From assembly GCA_965112155.1 (NCBI GenBank), contig OZ218101.1: a DNA stretch of 64,000 nucleotides; one strand, 5' to 3'. Below the pieces are notes generated by a model, which had not been told where the DNA came from, ran no database searches, and saw only the letters and a list, made by a program, of their open reading frames with translations. This DNA comes from Podarcis liolepis. Lineage: Eukaryota. The translations under genes and the position numbers were made by a program. Shown here in pieces: positions 62,797 through 64,000 of this stretch; within the stretch, counting starts at the first letter, position 1, and every line of letters begins with the position of its first letter.

Positions 62797-63011
62797 CAGT
62801 GGTACCTCGGGTTAAGAACTTAATTTGTTCTGGAGGTCCGTTCTTAACCTGAAACTGTTCTTAACCTGAGGTACCACTTTAGCTAACGGAGCCTCCTGCT
62901 GCCGCTGTGCGATTTCTGTTCTCATCCGGAAGCAAAGTTCTTAACCTGAGGTACTGTTTCTGGGTTAGCGGAGTCTGTAACCTGAAGCGTCTATAACCTG
63001 ATGTACCACTG
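62797..63011. mobile_element. Tc1/mariner-type MITE, family A, copy 3
   Basis: CAGTGGTAC...GTACCACTG with TA TSD; 215 bp. Confidence 0.92.
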
Positions 63012-63064
63012 TAATAACTTGAGAATGTGTTACAGACAACCAGCATGCCAGTAGATTACACAGA

Positions 63065-63230
63065 GACATAACTGTAAAGCTGGAAGTGACCCTAGGGGTC
63101 ATCTAGTCCAATCCCCTGCAATGCAGGAAAATCAACTACATCATACATGACAGATGGCAATCCAACCTCTGCTTATAAACCTCCAATGGAGGAGAGTCCG
63201 TCACCTCCTGAGAGTTCATCTCACTGCAGT
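63065..63230 (-). mobile_element. CR1 3' end fragment
   Basis: Minus strand reads GGACTCTCCTCCATTGGAGGTTTATAAGCAGAGGTTGGAT...TTCCTGCATTGCAGGGGATTGGACTAGATGACCCCTAGGGTCACTTCCAGC. Confidence 0.8.
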
Positions 63231-64000
63231 TGGAATAGTGAACTTCTGGTAACAGTGACAGTCCACACTTGGAGGTATTTGCCTGAATCAACCAGAAGCA
63301 ATCAGAAACAACTTTCTGTTGTGACTCTGCAAACTGGCAACTGATTGTAACTTTCCTTCAGCTTCAGGTTATCAAATGTTTTCTGCTGTTACTGAGTTGT
63401 GTCATTCCTGTGAATTCCTCTTCCGTTTTAAGTATTGACTACTAGCAACAGATGTGGTGTGAACTGGGGAACACTCCCTCCAATGTTGTTATGCTGTGCT
63501 GTATCAGAAAGTAATAATGGCCACAGTATCCCACCAGTAAGTTAGTTTGTACCGCCCCAGATGTTGTAGTGGTGCCATTGACAAGTCGCTAACTATCTGC
63601 TTCTTCCAGTTAGTGTTTGAAGAATCTAGGACTTGTCTGTCTTGACACTGTTATCTGGAAACCTGATGGATTAACCTTGGGTTGGATCTATCCAGATCAA
63701 TACCTTCCTTAACAGAGCTGGAAACACGGTGATCCATCTTACAGACGAATTCTAAACACATGGGCACAGCCACTTGTCAGCTTATCATTAAATATCCCTT
63801 AGGGCTTCTTCCCCACCCCCAGTAAGCTCACAAGTCAGATCTGAGTAAACATATATTGAGCATATACACATAATAAATGTACTTATAACCTGGATTTGTA
63901 TCCTGTCCTTTCTCTATAGATCCTGGCATATTACACAATTTTGTTTGTTGTTTTTTTTTTAAAAAAAGAAGAAGCATAGAAATACCTCTAAAAGGTGCAC

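Overview
This is vertebrate genomic DNA, AT-rich and CpG-depleted. The repeats point to a squamate reptile, probably a lacertid lizard: Sauria SINEs, MIR/Ther1-like and tRNA-CR1 SINEs, CR1, L2 and L1 fragments, and many hAT and Tc1/mariner MITEs. I recognise no host protein-coding gene. The only ORFs in the track with recognisable products are 3' ends of LINE ORF2 (L1 at 39.6-40.3 kb, CR1 at 43.9-44.3 kb, decayed L2/CR1 pieces). Repeat-free blocks rich in homeodomain, SOX and GATA motifs look like conserved non-coding elements, so the window is probably a large intron or gene desert near a developmental gene. The most notable structures are: three different hAT MITEs stacked head-to-tail at one palindromic CTCTAGAG target, one with SPIN-type ends; a CpG-rich 509-bp element containing a long hairpin with alternative folds; a hAT MITE carrying TTAGGG repeats; two SINEs with different tRNA heads on the same CR1 tail; and a weak four-exon open chain on the minus strand. 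I found no evidence of a new multi-gene system. Family names come from recalled consensus features, not database searches.
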